NCBI GenBank assembly: GCA_902801025.1
Contig: CADCGZ010000008.1
Location: 10,684 to 74,683, forward strand
DNA length: 64,000 nt
Direction of reading: 5' to 3'
Origin: an uncultured bacterium
GTDB lineage: Bacteria > Verrucomicrobiota > Kiritimatiellia > RFP12 > UBA1067
Position numbers and translations under genes: made by a program. Shown piece after piece: positions 43,192 to 51,931 of the stretch (the first letter of the stretch is position 1; each line of letters opens with the position of its first letter). The notes beneath the pieces are model-generated. The model saw only the letters and a list, made by a program, of their open reading frames with translations, searched no databases and was not told the DNA's origin.

Positions 43192-44259
43192 GTGGCAAAG
43201 AAAATTATTATTCTCGGGGCGACGGGGTCGATCGGCAGAAATGCGATTGACGTCGCCCTGTCTCATCCTGACGAATTCAAGGTTGTCGCGCTTGCTGTGC
43301 GTAATTCTCGCGAGCAATGCGAGGAACTTGCCCGAGAGCTTGGCGCAAAGCCATATTGCGGCGAAGACGCCGCGGTTCGTGCAGTCGAGGAGAACGACGC
43401 TGACATCTGCTTAGTTGCGACTGTGGGAATGTCTGGCTTAAAGCCGACGATGGCCGCAATCGAGAAGGGGATGGATGTCGCGCTTGCCACGAAGGAAGTC
43501 ATGGTGATGGCGGGCGAGTTCGTCACGCGCCGTGCGAGGGAAAAGGGCGTGCGGTTTCTTCCCGTTGACAGCGAGCATTCGGCGATCTTTCAGTGTCTGC
43601 AAGGGTCGCCGCGCGAATCGGTTGAAAAGATTGTCCTGACCGCAAGCGGCGGACCGTTTCTCGATGAGCCCGCCGATCTTTCGGCAGTTACTGTTGAACA
43701 GGCGCTCAACCATCCGCGCTGGAAGATGGGACCAAAGGTCACGATTGACAGTTCTACGATGATGAACAAGGGGTTCGAGATCCTTGAGGCGCGCTGGCTC
43801 TTCGACGTGCCTGTCGAGAAGATCGACGTCGTTGTGCATCCAGAGTCAATTGTCCATTCTCTTGTCACGTTCTCGGACGGAGCGACGCTTGCACAACTCT
43901 CGCCGCCCGATATGCGCGTTGCGATACAGTACGCGCTAACTTGGCCCGGCCGCCTTGCGTCAAAACGCGAGCAGCTCGATCTCGCAGCGCTCGGCTCTCT
44001 TACGTTCCGCGCGCCTGACCCTGTGCGTTTCCCCTGCCTGCGGCTCGTAAAGGAGGCATGTGCGCGCGGCGGATGCGCCACGGCCGTTCTCGCCGCGGCG
44101 GACGAACTTGCGGTACAGTCATTCCTTGACGGCAAGATAAAGTACACCGATATTGCGGCCACGGTTGCCGACTGCCTTGAACACGCGCCCGAAATCCCAT
44201 GCGACTCCCTTGACGCCGTTTGGGAGGCGGTCAAATGGGTGGAAGCCAGTTTAGGGTGA
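43192..44259 (+). CDS. dxr: 1-deoxy-D-xylulose-5-phosphate reductoisomerase
   Basis: GTG 43192 follows AGGAAAAGGA. ILGATGSIG NADPH-binding site, LPVDSEHSAIFQCL, MNKGFEILEA blocks. Confidence 0.9.
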   Translation: MAKKIIILGATGSIGRNAIDVALSHPDEFKVVALAVRNSREQCEELARELGAKPYCGEDAAVRAVEENDADICLVATVGMSGLKPTMAAIEKGMDVALATKEVMVMAGEFVTRRAREKGVRFLPVDSEHSAIFQCLQGSPRESVEKIVLTASGGPFLDEPADLSAVTVEQALNHPRWKMGPKVTIDSSTMMNKGFEILEARWLFDVPVEKIDVVVHPESIVHSLVTFSDGATLAQLSPPDMRVAIQYALTWPGRLASKREQLDLAALGSLTFRAPDPVRFPCLRLVKEACARGGCATAVLAAADELAVQSFLDGKIKYTDIAATVADCLEHAPEIPCDSLDAVWEAVKWVEASLG

Positions 44260-44307
44260 ATTCTGCTGTCGGCTGCGGCGAAAACTGCCCATTTGCGACT
44301 GATTATT

Positions 44308-44316
44308 TGGTATAAT
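44308..44316 (+). promoter_or_regulatory. candidate extended -10 (TGGTATAAT) upstream of rseP
   Basis: Lies in the AT-rich 118-nt dxr-rseP gap, with a leader of ~55 nt. Confidence 0.4.
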
Positions 44317-44377
44317 ACAATACAAAATGCACGATAACTAATTCCGAAACCTCGTAATAAGTAAGAAGTTGTCATAA

Positions 44378-45553
44378 ATGGAGATTTTAATTACAATCGG
44401 CTATATCGCGATTTGCGTTGTTTTCTTTTCGCTTGCAATAGCGATTCACGAGTTCGGGCACTTTATCGTTGCACTCAAACTGGGGCTCAGAGTCGAACGC
44501 TTCTCGATTGGGTTTGGCCCCGCGATCTGGAAGAAGACCTGGCGCGGGGTCGAATACCGCGTCAGCTGGATTCCGCTTGGCGGCTATGTATCCATTCCCG
44601 ATGTTGATCCCGAAGGTACGAAGACGATTGAAGGAGGAGCTGAAAGCAAAGAGCCGGAAACAGGGAAAACACCGATTTCTCCGTGGAAGGAGATCGCCGT
44701 CGCTGTCGCGGGCCCTGCCATGAACATTGTCCTCGCCGTCTTCCTCGCGTTTCTTCTTTCCGTGATACCATCTGTCCGTTTTGGCGAGCTTCCGGCCGAG
44801 ATCGCCTCGACCATAGAGAGCGGCCCTGCGGAGAAGGCAGGCATTCGCAAAGGCGACACTGTGCTTTCGGTCGCCGGAAAATCGGTCTCAAACTGGACGG
44901 AGATGCAAGTCGAGTTCCAGATCGTCGGCGCGTGCGAGACGGACGTCGTGTTGCGCGACAAGGACGGCGTGGAGCGCACCGTCAAGGTAACGCCCGAACA
45001 GGACCCCGTCAGCGGCGCGTACTTTATCCAGGCGATTAGCTTGCCAAAGGAGAACATGGCGGCAAGCTGGATGCCCCACAGAAACCCGATCAAGCAGCTT
45101 GCATGGGACGCCGGCGCGATCTTCCGCGTTCTCAAAGGGCTTGTAACGCCAAAGGAAATGAAGAACACGGCAAAGGCGCTCGGCGGGCCGCAGATGATTG
45201 TCGAGGGGATATACAAGTCCGTGCGACGCGATTTCTGGGATGGCGTCGGTTTTCTCAGGTTCCTCAATGTCAACCTCGCGGTACTGAATCTCCTGCCAAT
45301 ACCGGTTCTCGACGGCGGGCTGATCATGTTCGCGCTTCTCGCTCTTATCTTCCGCAGGCGCGTTCCCGAGAAGATTGTCACCACGCTCTCCATGACGTTC
45401 ATGGTCCTTCTTCTCAGCGCAATGGCGATTCTCATCTTCCGCGACGCGCAGCGCAGCTGGCGCATCCACACCTACAAGCCGCCGGCCGAGGAGACGGCAG
45501 AGACGAATACGGTTACGACTGTCACGAATGAGACGGACAACACGAGCAATTAA
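44378..45553 (+). CDS. rseP: RIP site-2 zinc metalloprotease (M50)
   Basis: HEFGH zinc motif in TM1, a PDZ-like middle domain, and NLLPIPVLDGG near the C-terminus. Conserved dxr-rseP-ispG neighbourhood. Confidence 0.85.
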   Translation: MEILITIGYIAICVVFFSLAIAIHEFGHFIVALKLGLRVERFSIGFGPAIWKKTWRGVEYRVSWIPLGGYVSIPDVDPEGTKTIEGGAESKEPETGKTPISPWKEIAVAVAGPAMNIVLAVFLAFLLSVIPSVRFGELPAEIASTIESGPAEKAGIRKGDTVLSVAGKSVSNWTEMQVEFQIVGACETDVVLRDKDGVERTVKVTPEQDPVSGAYFIQAISLPKENMAASWMPHRNPIKQLAWDAGAIFRVLKGLVTPKEMKNTAKALGGPQMIVEGIYKSVRRDFWDGVGFLRFLNVNLAVLNLLPIPVLDGGLIMFALLALIFRRRVPEKIVTTLSMTFMVLLLSAMAILIFRDAQRSWRIHTYKPPAEETAETNTVTTVTNETDNTSN

Positions 45554-46598
45554 GGTCGGCTCGCTCACCATCGGCGGTGGAGCGCCGGTGAGCGTCCAGA
45601 CCATGGCGAACGCAGGCCCCCATGATGCGGCGGCGCTCGTCGAGCAGGTTCGCTCATGCGCAGCGCTTGGCTGCGATGTCTTCCGCCTGACCGTTCCTGA
45701 CGTCGAGGCGGCTAAAGTCCTCGGCGAGGTAAAGAAGTCCTCTCCGATTCCTCTCGTCGCAGACATCCACTTCGACTACCGCTGCGCGCTCGCCGCCATC
45801 GAGGCTGGGACTGATGCGCTTCGGCTTAACCCCGGCAACATCGGTTCGCGCGACAGGGTTCAGGCAGTCGCCCGCGCGGCAAAGGAGAAAAAGATTCCGA
45901 TCCGCATTGGCGTAAACCTCGGCTCTCTCGAGAAGCCACTCCGCGAAGAACTTGACGCGGGCAAAATCGACGTTCCCGAGGCGCTTGTACGCTCGGCGCT
46001 CGGCCACTTGAAACTGCTCGAAGACGAGGGCTTCCGCGACGTCGTTATTTCCGCAAAGGCGTCTAACGTTCTTGAGACGCTTGCAACCTACCGGCTTCTC
46101 GCGGAAAGGACAGACTGCCCGCTTCATGTCGGCGTCACCGAGGCGGGAACGCTCATCCCTGGCGCGATCAGGAACTCGGTTGCGCTCGGCATCTTGCTCT
46201 CCGAGGGAATTGGCGATACGATTAGGGTTTCGCTCACCGCGAAGCCCGAGAAGGAAGTCAGGGTCGGAATGGAGATCCTTCGCGCGCTTGGCCTTAGGGA
46301 GCCTGGCCCCGCGATAACGTCGTGCCCTACTTGCGGTCGCACTAAAGTCGACTTGATGCATGTTGCCTCGCAGGTCGAGATTGCGCTCGAGACGCTTGCG
46401 AAGGACGGGGTGAAGCTGCCGCGTGTAGCCGTAATGGGCTGCGCCGTGAATGGCCCTGGCGAGGCGAAGGGCGCCGATGTCGCGCTCTGTGGCGGCGATG
46501 GGGAGTTTCTGCTGTATGTCAAGGGAAAACAGGTCTGCAAGGTGTCTGAGGAAGACGCCGCAGGAAAGGTGATTGAATATGCGCTATCTCTACGATAA
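45528..46598 (+). CDS. ispG: 4-hydroxy-3-methylbut-2-en-1-yl diphosphate synthase
   Basis: GcpE pattern: VGSLTIGGGAPVSVQTM, ADIHFDY, and C-terminal Fe-S ligands CPTCGR .. GCAVNGPGE. Confidence 0.9.
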   Translation: MRRTTRAIKVGSLTIGGGAPVSVQTMANAGPHDAAALVEQVRSCAALGCDVFRLTVPDVEAAKVLGEVKKSSPIPLVADIHFDYRCALAAIEAGTDALRLNPGNIGSRDRVQAVARAAKEKKIPIRIGVNLGSLEKPLREELDAGKIDVPEALVRSALGHLKLLEDEGFRDVVISAKASNVLETLATYRLLAERTDCPLHVGVTEAGTLIPGAIRNSVALGILLSEGIGDTIRVSLTAKPEKEVRVGMEILRALGLREPGPAITSCPTCGRTKVDLMHVASQVEIALETLAKDGVKLPRVAVMGCAVNGPGEAKGADVALCGGDGEFLLYVKGKQVCKVSEEDAAGKVIEYALSLR

Positions 46599-48204
46599 CG
46601 TCGTGGTTCTCGCGGTGTTCGCAGTTCTGGCCGCGTTCGTGTGGCTTTTCGGCGGCACTCGCGCCGAGTATCTCGTTACGGTCATGCCGTGGCTTACGGC
46701 AATTCTCGTGGAGGCCATGATATGCTTTCCACAGCAGCATGACGGCGAGACGTCCTACGAGGCGCGGGCGAGAGTGTGGTCTGCGCTCAAGAAGGACCCG
46801 CTCGTCTGGACGGCGCTTGGACTCATTGGGCTTCTCCTCATTCCGTTCCTGAACGTGGGGCTATGTCCGGTGTGCGACTATCCGGCGATAGCGGCGGGCG
46901 CCGATCCAAACCCGACGATTCCTTTCTTCCCGTTCTGCGTCAACCGCTCGCAGCACCTGAACGTAGTCTTGTGGTTTGTGCCATCGCTCATCGCGGTCAT
47001 CGCCGTTAAACATGCGATGCTTAAGCGCGGCAAGCGCGCGCTTCTTGAACTCGTAGTCTGGAACGGCCTCGCCCTCGGCGTCCTTGGCGCCGTCCAGCAG
47101 GTCACTCACGCCCCAGGACCGCTGTGGGACGGGGACGGCTTCCCGCAGGTTTATTTCTTCTCCACCTTCGGCTACCCCAACATGGCCGGCGACTACTTCA
47201 CAACGCTCTTCGCAATCGCCTTCGGCCTGTGGCGCTGGCATCTCGACGACATGCGGAAGAAGGAGTCGGAGATGAACTCGGCCATTGCCCATGCCAGTGA
47301 AAAGGCCGCGGCCGAAAAAGCCAAGGCCGATGTCGCACAAAATGGCGGACAAGCCGCGGAGACAGGTCATCACCATCACGTGCACCGCCATTCGCAAGGT
47401 GCAAAGAAGACGATTTCCTTCTGGAACAAGCACTACTATCTCATCCCGGCGACAATCTTCTTCTTCTGTGCGCTGGACACGCTCTCGCGCGCTTCGGTGA
47501 TGCTCGTTACCGCGCTTGCCGTCTTGTTCTTCCTCCATACCTTCATGTGTCTCTTCTCGAAAATGAAGAAGGCCCAGCGCGTAAAGGCGACGGTGTTCAG
47601 CGCCGTTGTGCTGACGCTCATCTCCCTCTGCGCCGTCACGTTCATGCCGAGCGACCTGCAACGGGAAGTCGACACGATCGACACGCGCGAAGTCCTCGAT
47701 CGCGTGACGGGAAAGGCCCAATACCATGTCCGCGTCGCGACCGAGATATGGAAGAAGCACCCTCTTTTCGGCGTAGGAGGATGGGGCTACAGGCATTTCT
47801 GCCTCCAGAACATGACGGACAAGGAGCTTCGCCAGATACAGATGGTCGGCGGCGCAAACGTACACAACGACTACCTGCAGTTCCTGGCCGAGCACGGTGT
47901 CGTGGGGTTCGGGCTTTTACTGGCCGTGATCCTGATGATGGTATGGCCGATCGGCAAGGTGTGGAAGGAGCTCATCAACGCCTATCGATTCACGCCTCCC
48001 AAGGAGCAGCCGCCGCAGCCGATACAGATATTCGTGATACCGGCCCCAGTGTTCTGCATAATAATGGCCGCCGTCGCCACGCTGATACATGCCTTTGGCG
48101 ACTGTATTCTCAGGTCCCCGGCCGTGCTATCGCTCTTTCTCGTGTCGCTCGCTACAATCGACGGCTTCCTGCCGCGGATCAAGAGGCGCGGCCACCGTTC
48201 GTGA
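46573..48204 (+). CDS. O-antigen ligase/polymerase-like (Wzy_C) polytopic membrane protein
   Basis: Many TM segments. Wzy_C-type loop [10 protein letters not shown]...[25 protein letters not shown] His-rich loop (GHHHHVHRH) is present. Confidence 0.7.
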   Translation: MNMRYLYDNVVVLAVFAVLAAFVWLFGGTRAEYLVTVMPWLTAILVEAMICFPQQHDGETSYEARARVWSALKKDPLVWTALGLIGLLLIPFLNVGLCPVCDYPAIAAGADPNPTIPFFPFCVNRSQHLNVVLWFVPSLIAVIAVKHAMLKRGKRALLELVVWNGLALGVLGAVQQVTHAPGPLWDGDGFPQVYFFSTFGYPNMAGDYFTTLFAIAFGLWRWHLDDMRKKESEMNSAIAHASEKAAAEKAKADVAQNGGQAAETGHHHHVHRHSQGAKKTISFWNKHYYLIPATIFFFCALDTLSRASVMLVTALAVLFFLHTFMCLFSKMKKAQRVKATVFSAVVLTLISLCAVTFMPSDLQREVDTIDTREVLDRVTGKAQYHVRVATEIWKKHPLFGVGGWGYRHFCLQNMTDKELRQIQMVGGANVHNDYLQFLAEHGVVGFGLLLAVILMMVWPIGKVWKELINAYRFTPPKEQPPQPIQIFVIPAPVFCIIMAAVATLIHAFGDCILRSPAVLSLFLVSLATIDGFLPRIKRRGHRS

Positions 48205-48220
48205 TCAATCCACAACCCTT

Positions 48221-48245
48221 AACTCACAACTCTCAACTCACAACT
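48221..48245 (+). repeat. two copies of AACTCACAACT (period 14) in a G-free spacer
   Basis: Copies at 48221-48231 and 48235-48245. There is no G between 48205 and 48255. Confidence 0.85.
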
Positions 48246-48253
48246 TTACCACC

Positions 48254-49477
48254 ATGCTCCACGTCAACGAAAACTACTCAAGAATCCAGGCAAGCTATCT
48301 CTTCACGGAAATTGCCCATCGCATAACCGCCCACCAGTCTGCGAACCCCGACGCAAAAGTCATTCGCCTCGGCATAGGCGACGTGACCGAGCCGCTTTGC
48401 GACGCAGTCGTCCAGGCGATGCACAAGGCCGTCGACGACGAGGCGACGCGCGAGAACTTTCACGGATACGGTCCTGAGCAGGGCTATGCATTCCTCCGCG
48501 AGAAGGCCGCAAAGTGCGACTTCCAAGACCACGGCGTCGACATCGCGGCCGATGAGATATTCATTTCCGACGGCGCGAAGTGCGACTGCGGCAACATACA
48601 GGAGCTCTTCGGCCAGGACGTCAAGATTGCGGTCGGCGACCCCGTCTATCCCGTCTACGTCGACACCAACGTGATGGCCGGACGCACAGGCGCGAACGAC
48701 GGCGGACGGTATGCGGGGCTCACGTACCTCACGTGCGACGCCTCCAACGGCTTCGTGCCTGGCCCTGAATCGGCAGAGGGCGCGGACATCGTATATCTCT
48801 GCTATCCGAACAACCCGACTGGCGCGGTCGCCACGAAAGAACAGCTCCAGAAATGGGTCGACTGGGCGAACGCGAACAAGTCGCTCATTCTCTTCGACGC
48901 CGCCTACGAGGCGTTCATAAGGACGCCCGGAATTCCACATTCCATCTACGAGTGCGATGGTGCGCGCAGCTGCGCGATAGAGTTCCGCAGCTACTCTAAG
49001 ACTGCTGGCTTCACCGGCATCAGGTGCGGCTACACTGTCGTGCCGAAGGGCCTTGTCGCTTATGCGAAGGACGGCTCGCCTGTCGAGCTGAGGCCAATGT
49101 GGACGCGCCGCCAGACTACGAAGTTCAACGGGGCAAGCTACATCACCCAGCGCGGCGCGGAGGCGATCTACTCGCCCGAGGGCCAGGCGCAGACGAAGGC
49201 GACGATTGACTTCTACCTTGAGAACGGGCGGCTCATGAAGGAGGCGCTTCTGTCTCTCGGATACGAGGTGACGGGAGGCGGCAACTCTCCGTATCTCTGG
49301 GTCAACGTGAAGGGCGACAGCTGGGAGTTCTTCGACAAGCTCCTCAAGAAGGCAAACGTCGTCACTACCCCGGGCGCGGGCTTCGGACGCGCCGGAGAGG
49401 GATACATAAGGATTTCGTCGTTCAACTCGCGCGCGAACGTCCTCGAGGCGGTCGAGCGGCTCAGGAAGGTTCTTTAA
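48254..49477 (+). CDS. dapL: LL-diaminopimelate aminotransferase
   Basis: N-terminus [34 protein letters not shown], and PLP-lysine block [10 protein letters not shown]. The tracked 48089 start lies inside the upstream gene. Confidence 0.85.
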   Translation: MLHVNENYSRIQASYLFTEIAHRITAHQSANPDAKVIRLGIGDVTEPLCDAVVQAMHKAVDDEATRENFHGYGPEQGYAFLREKAAKCDFQDHGVDIAADEIFISDGAKCDCGNIQELFGQDVKIAVGDPVYPVYVDTNVMAGRTGANDGGRYAGLTYLTCDASNGFVPGPESAEGADIVYLCYPNNPTGAVATKEQLQKWVDWANANKSLILFDAAYEAFIRTPGIPHSIYECDGARSCAIEFRSYSKTAGFTGIRCGYTVVPKGLVAYAKDGSPVELRPMWTRRQTTKFNGASYITQRGAEAIYSPEGQAQTKATIDFYLENGRLMKEALLSLGYEVTGGGNSPYLWVNVKGDSWEFFDKLLKKANVVTTPGAGFGRAGEGYIRISSFNSRANVLEAVERLRKVL

Positions 49478-49493
49478 CCAAGGAGGAAAGACA

Positions 49494-50687
49494 ATGAATA
49501 AACTGATGATGGCCGCCGCAGTTGCGGCGCTTGTCGCGGGATGTGCCAAGAACGAAGCCGAGCGTTTTGGCTACAAGGGCGCAGATCTTGCCGATGACGA
49601 CAACATGTTCTTTACGACTGGCCCGACTGTAACGAACTGGGTTCCCGCACGCGTCCTGAGCGTGTGCGAGGAATATCCAATGAGCCCGAACGAATCGGCG
49701 ATTATCGAAGCCGCCGGCGTCATAGTGCCGAGCGAGCCTCTCGAGAAGGTTCCGGAGGGCTATGTCAAGGACTCCGACGAGCCCTGGTTCGCCATGTGGA
49801 GGAAAGAGTCCGAGAACTTCGGGCGCAAGGGCGTAAACGGCTTCATCTCCCACTGGAACGAGGACAAGAACGTGTGGGAGACGAGCGAGACTTACTTCTC
49901 GTCCTACTATCCAGACGAAGCCGGCGCTCTCGCGGCGCTCGCGGAGACTCGCAAGATTATCGCCGAGAAGTTCTCGCCGAAGAGGTTCCACGACTTCGAC
50001 AAGTGCTGGATCGCCGAGTATCTGCGGTTGCGCGTAATGTGCCTCGTCGGGCAGAAGCCGGACGGAACTTGGTCTTGCATGCTCGACATCACCGACAAGT
50101 GCCGCGCTGGCTGCGGTCAGTGGGAACCCGTCGAAGCGCAGGCCGAGCGGCTTGCCGAATACAAGTACCGCAAGGCGCTGGTCGCATGGAAGCAGGAGAA
50201 GGCGAAGGTGCTCGAGGCTAACCACGCGGCTGTCGAGAAGATCCGCACGGAGAAGGGGCTTGCGCTTCTTGATGGAGCACGTGAATTCGAGTCCGAGGAC
50301 GGGCGCAAGGCGTACATCCGCGTCGGCACCTGCGACGCGGCTTCGGTAACGAACAAGGTCGAGTTCTGGAAGGAGAAGTCGGCGGCGCTCGCCGCCGCAA
50401 CGGGAGTCGCGTTCGATGGCGAGCCGACGACAGAAGATGTTCCATCGGGATACACGATCATGGGAGCGACCGCGTCGAATGACATATACGATGTGCGTCT
50501 CGACATCGCGTTCCCGCCGCCTGCCGAGGTTGGTGAAGAGTCCGACAAGTCGGCAGAGAAAGCCGAGGGCGAGAACGCCGAGGAAGAGCAGGCGCAGAAG
50601 CCGCCGGTGGAATGGCGCGAGCTTTGCTTCGAGAAGATGCAGCCTGGTCTCGCGATTCCTCCGCGCCCCCAGCCGCCGCAGCGCTAG
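49494..50687 (+). CDS. hypothetical lipoprotein
   Basis: AAGGAGG upstream. Lipobox ALVAGC. Acidic/Pro-rich C-terminus. No family recognised. Confidence 0.65.
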   Translation: MNKLMMAAAVAALVAGCAKNEAERFGYKGADLADDDNMFFTTGPTVTNWVPARVLSVCEEYPMSPNESAIIEAAGVIVPSEPLEKVPEGYVKDSDEPWFAMWRKESENFGRKGVNGFISHWNEDKNVWETSETYFSSYYPDEAGALAALAETRKIIAEKFSPKRFHDFDKCWIAEYLRLRVMCLVGQKPDGTWSCMLDITDKCRAGCGQWEPVEAQAERLAEYKYRKALVAWKQEKAKVLEANHAAVEKIRTEKGLALLDGAREFESEDGRKAYIRVGTCDAASVTNKVEFWKEKSAALAAATGVAFDGEPTTEDVPSGYTIMGATASNDIYDVRLDIAFPPPAEVGEESDKSAEKAEGENAEEEQAQKPPVEWRELCFEKMQPGLAIPPRPQPPQR

Positions 50688-51250
50688 CCGAGGAATTCGT
50701 CCATTGTGTCTGAGCCGGGGTGGTTGATGCCATCTCGGCTCGCCGTCTTGAATACGGTGAGGAAGAGGATCTTGAGGTCGAGGAAGAGAGAGCGGTTGTC
50801 TACATACCAAACGTCGAGACGGAATTTCTCATCCCATGAAAGGGCGTTGCGGCCGTTGACCTGCGCCCAGCCGGTGATGCCGGGCCTGACTTCGTGGCGG
50901 CGCGCCTGCTCGGGCGAATAGCGCGAGAGATATCTTGCAGGGAGCGGCCGCGGTCCGACGAGCGACATTTTCCCCGAGAGGACGTGCAAGAGCTGCGGCA
51001 GTTCGTCCAAGGAGGTCGCGCGCAAGAACCGCCCGATCCGCGTCAGCCGTTCGGCGTCCGTACCCTCGCCTGCGCGCATCGTGCGGAACTTGAGCATGGT
51101 GAAGATGCGCCCGCCTTTGCCCGCTCGCTCCTGGCGAAACAGGACCGGACGCCCGTCTGCAAGCATGATTGCGAGCGCGACAATCGCGGCGAGCGGGACC
51201 CATAATGGGGCCGCGACAATCACCGCAAGAGATTCAATGACTCTTTTCAC
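50684..51250 (-). CDS. small bacterial sugar transferase (polyprenyl-phosphate hexose-1-phosphate transferase, PglC/WbaP C-terminal type)
   Basis: PVLFRQERAGKGGRIFTMLKFRTMR, DELPQLLHVLSGKMSLVGPRP, PGITGWAQV blocks. GTG 51250 (MKRVIES..) is preferred over the tracked TTG 51292. Confidence 0.85.
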   Translation of the reverse strand: MKRVIESLAVIVAAPLWVPLAAIVALAIMLADGRPVLFRQERAGKGGRIFTMLKFRTMRAGEGTDAERLTRIGRFLRATSLDELPQLLHVLSGKMSLVGPRPLPARYLSRYSPEQARRHEVRPGITGWAQVNGRNALSWDEKFRLDVWYVDNRSLFLDLKILFLTVFKTASRDGINHPGSDTMDEFLG

Positions 51251-51256
51251 GGCACT

Positions 51257-51262
51257 ATTATA
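51257..51262 (-). promoter_or_regulatory. candidate -10 (TATAAT on the minus strand) 6 nt from GTG 51250 of the sugar transferase
   Basis: The reverse complement of 51257-51262 is TATAAT, followed by AGTGCC and then GTG. Confidence 0.4.
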
Positions 51263-51270
51263 GCAAATTA

Positions 51271-51279
51271 TGGTATAAT
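51271..51279 (+). promoter_or_regulatory. candidate extended -10 (TGGTATAAT) for the NeuD-like/waaA operon
   Basis: TATAAT at 51274-51279. A leader with AAGGAG precedes ATG 51304. Confidence 0.5.
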
Positions 51280-51303
51280 CTACGCACAGCAAGGAGAATT
51301 CCC

Positions 51304-51915
51304 ATGAGAGACCTTTTCATCGTAGGAGCGGGCGGCTTCGGCCGCGAGGCAATCTGGACTGTCGAGCGCATCAACGCGCTTTCACAGCAGCCACAGTGGA
51401 ACATCATCGGCTACGCCGACGACGACCCCAAGTGGAAGAAGGGCGACAACTTCGAGGGATTCCCGATCCTCGGGACTATTGAGGAGGCGTCGCGCGACTA
51501 TCCCGGGGCGTCCGTCTTCATCGCAGTCGGCAAGAACTCGAAGCGCGCAGACATAGCAAAGCGCCTCTCTGGACATGACTTCCCGGCGATCATCGACCCG
51601 AAGGCGCAGATTTCCCCGACGACCGACTTCCTCGAAGGCGCGTTCATCGCCGCCGGCGCAGTCGTGCAGGTCGGCGCGGAGCTCGGCCGCTTCGTAATCG
51701 TAGGCGCAAACGCCGTTGTTGGCCACGACGCACGTCTCGGTGACTTCGTAAACATGGGTCCCGGCACTGTCGTCGCCTCTGGCGTAAAGGTCGAGGACAA
51801 CGTTTCCTTCTTTGCCAACGCCTCGACGATGTCGTGGATCACGATCGGCACCGGCTCCGTAATAAGCTGCGGCACCGGCGTCAAGGAAAGCATTCCGGCA
51901 AATACCAAGATATGA
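51304..51915 (+). CDS. NeuD/PglB-family sugar O/N-acetyltransferase (left-handed beta-helix)
   Basis: N-terminal Rossmann-like LFIVGAGGFGRE, then hexapeptide repeats in the C-terminal half. AAGGAG upstream. Confidence 0.8.
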   Translation: MRDLFIVGAGGFGREAIWTVERINALSQQPQWNIIGYADDDPKWKKGDNFEGFPILGTIEEASRDYPGASVFIAVGKNSKRADIAKRLSGHDFPAIIDPKAQISPTTDFLEGAFIAAGAVVQVGAELGRFVIVGANAVVGHDARLGDFVNMGPGTVVASGVKVEDNVSFFANASTMSWITIGTGSVISCGTGVKESIPANTKI

Positions 51916-51931
51916 GACGGCGAAAGGCGCG

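Noticed and set aside
50684-50687. Convergent genes whose stop codons overlap in the palindrome CTAG (lipoprotein TAG at 50685-50687; sugar transferase stop on the other strand at 50684-50686).
   Set aside because: It is real as read but most likely a trivial consequence of compaction. No hairpin or other signal lies between the genes.
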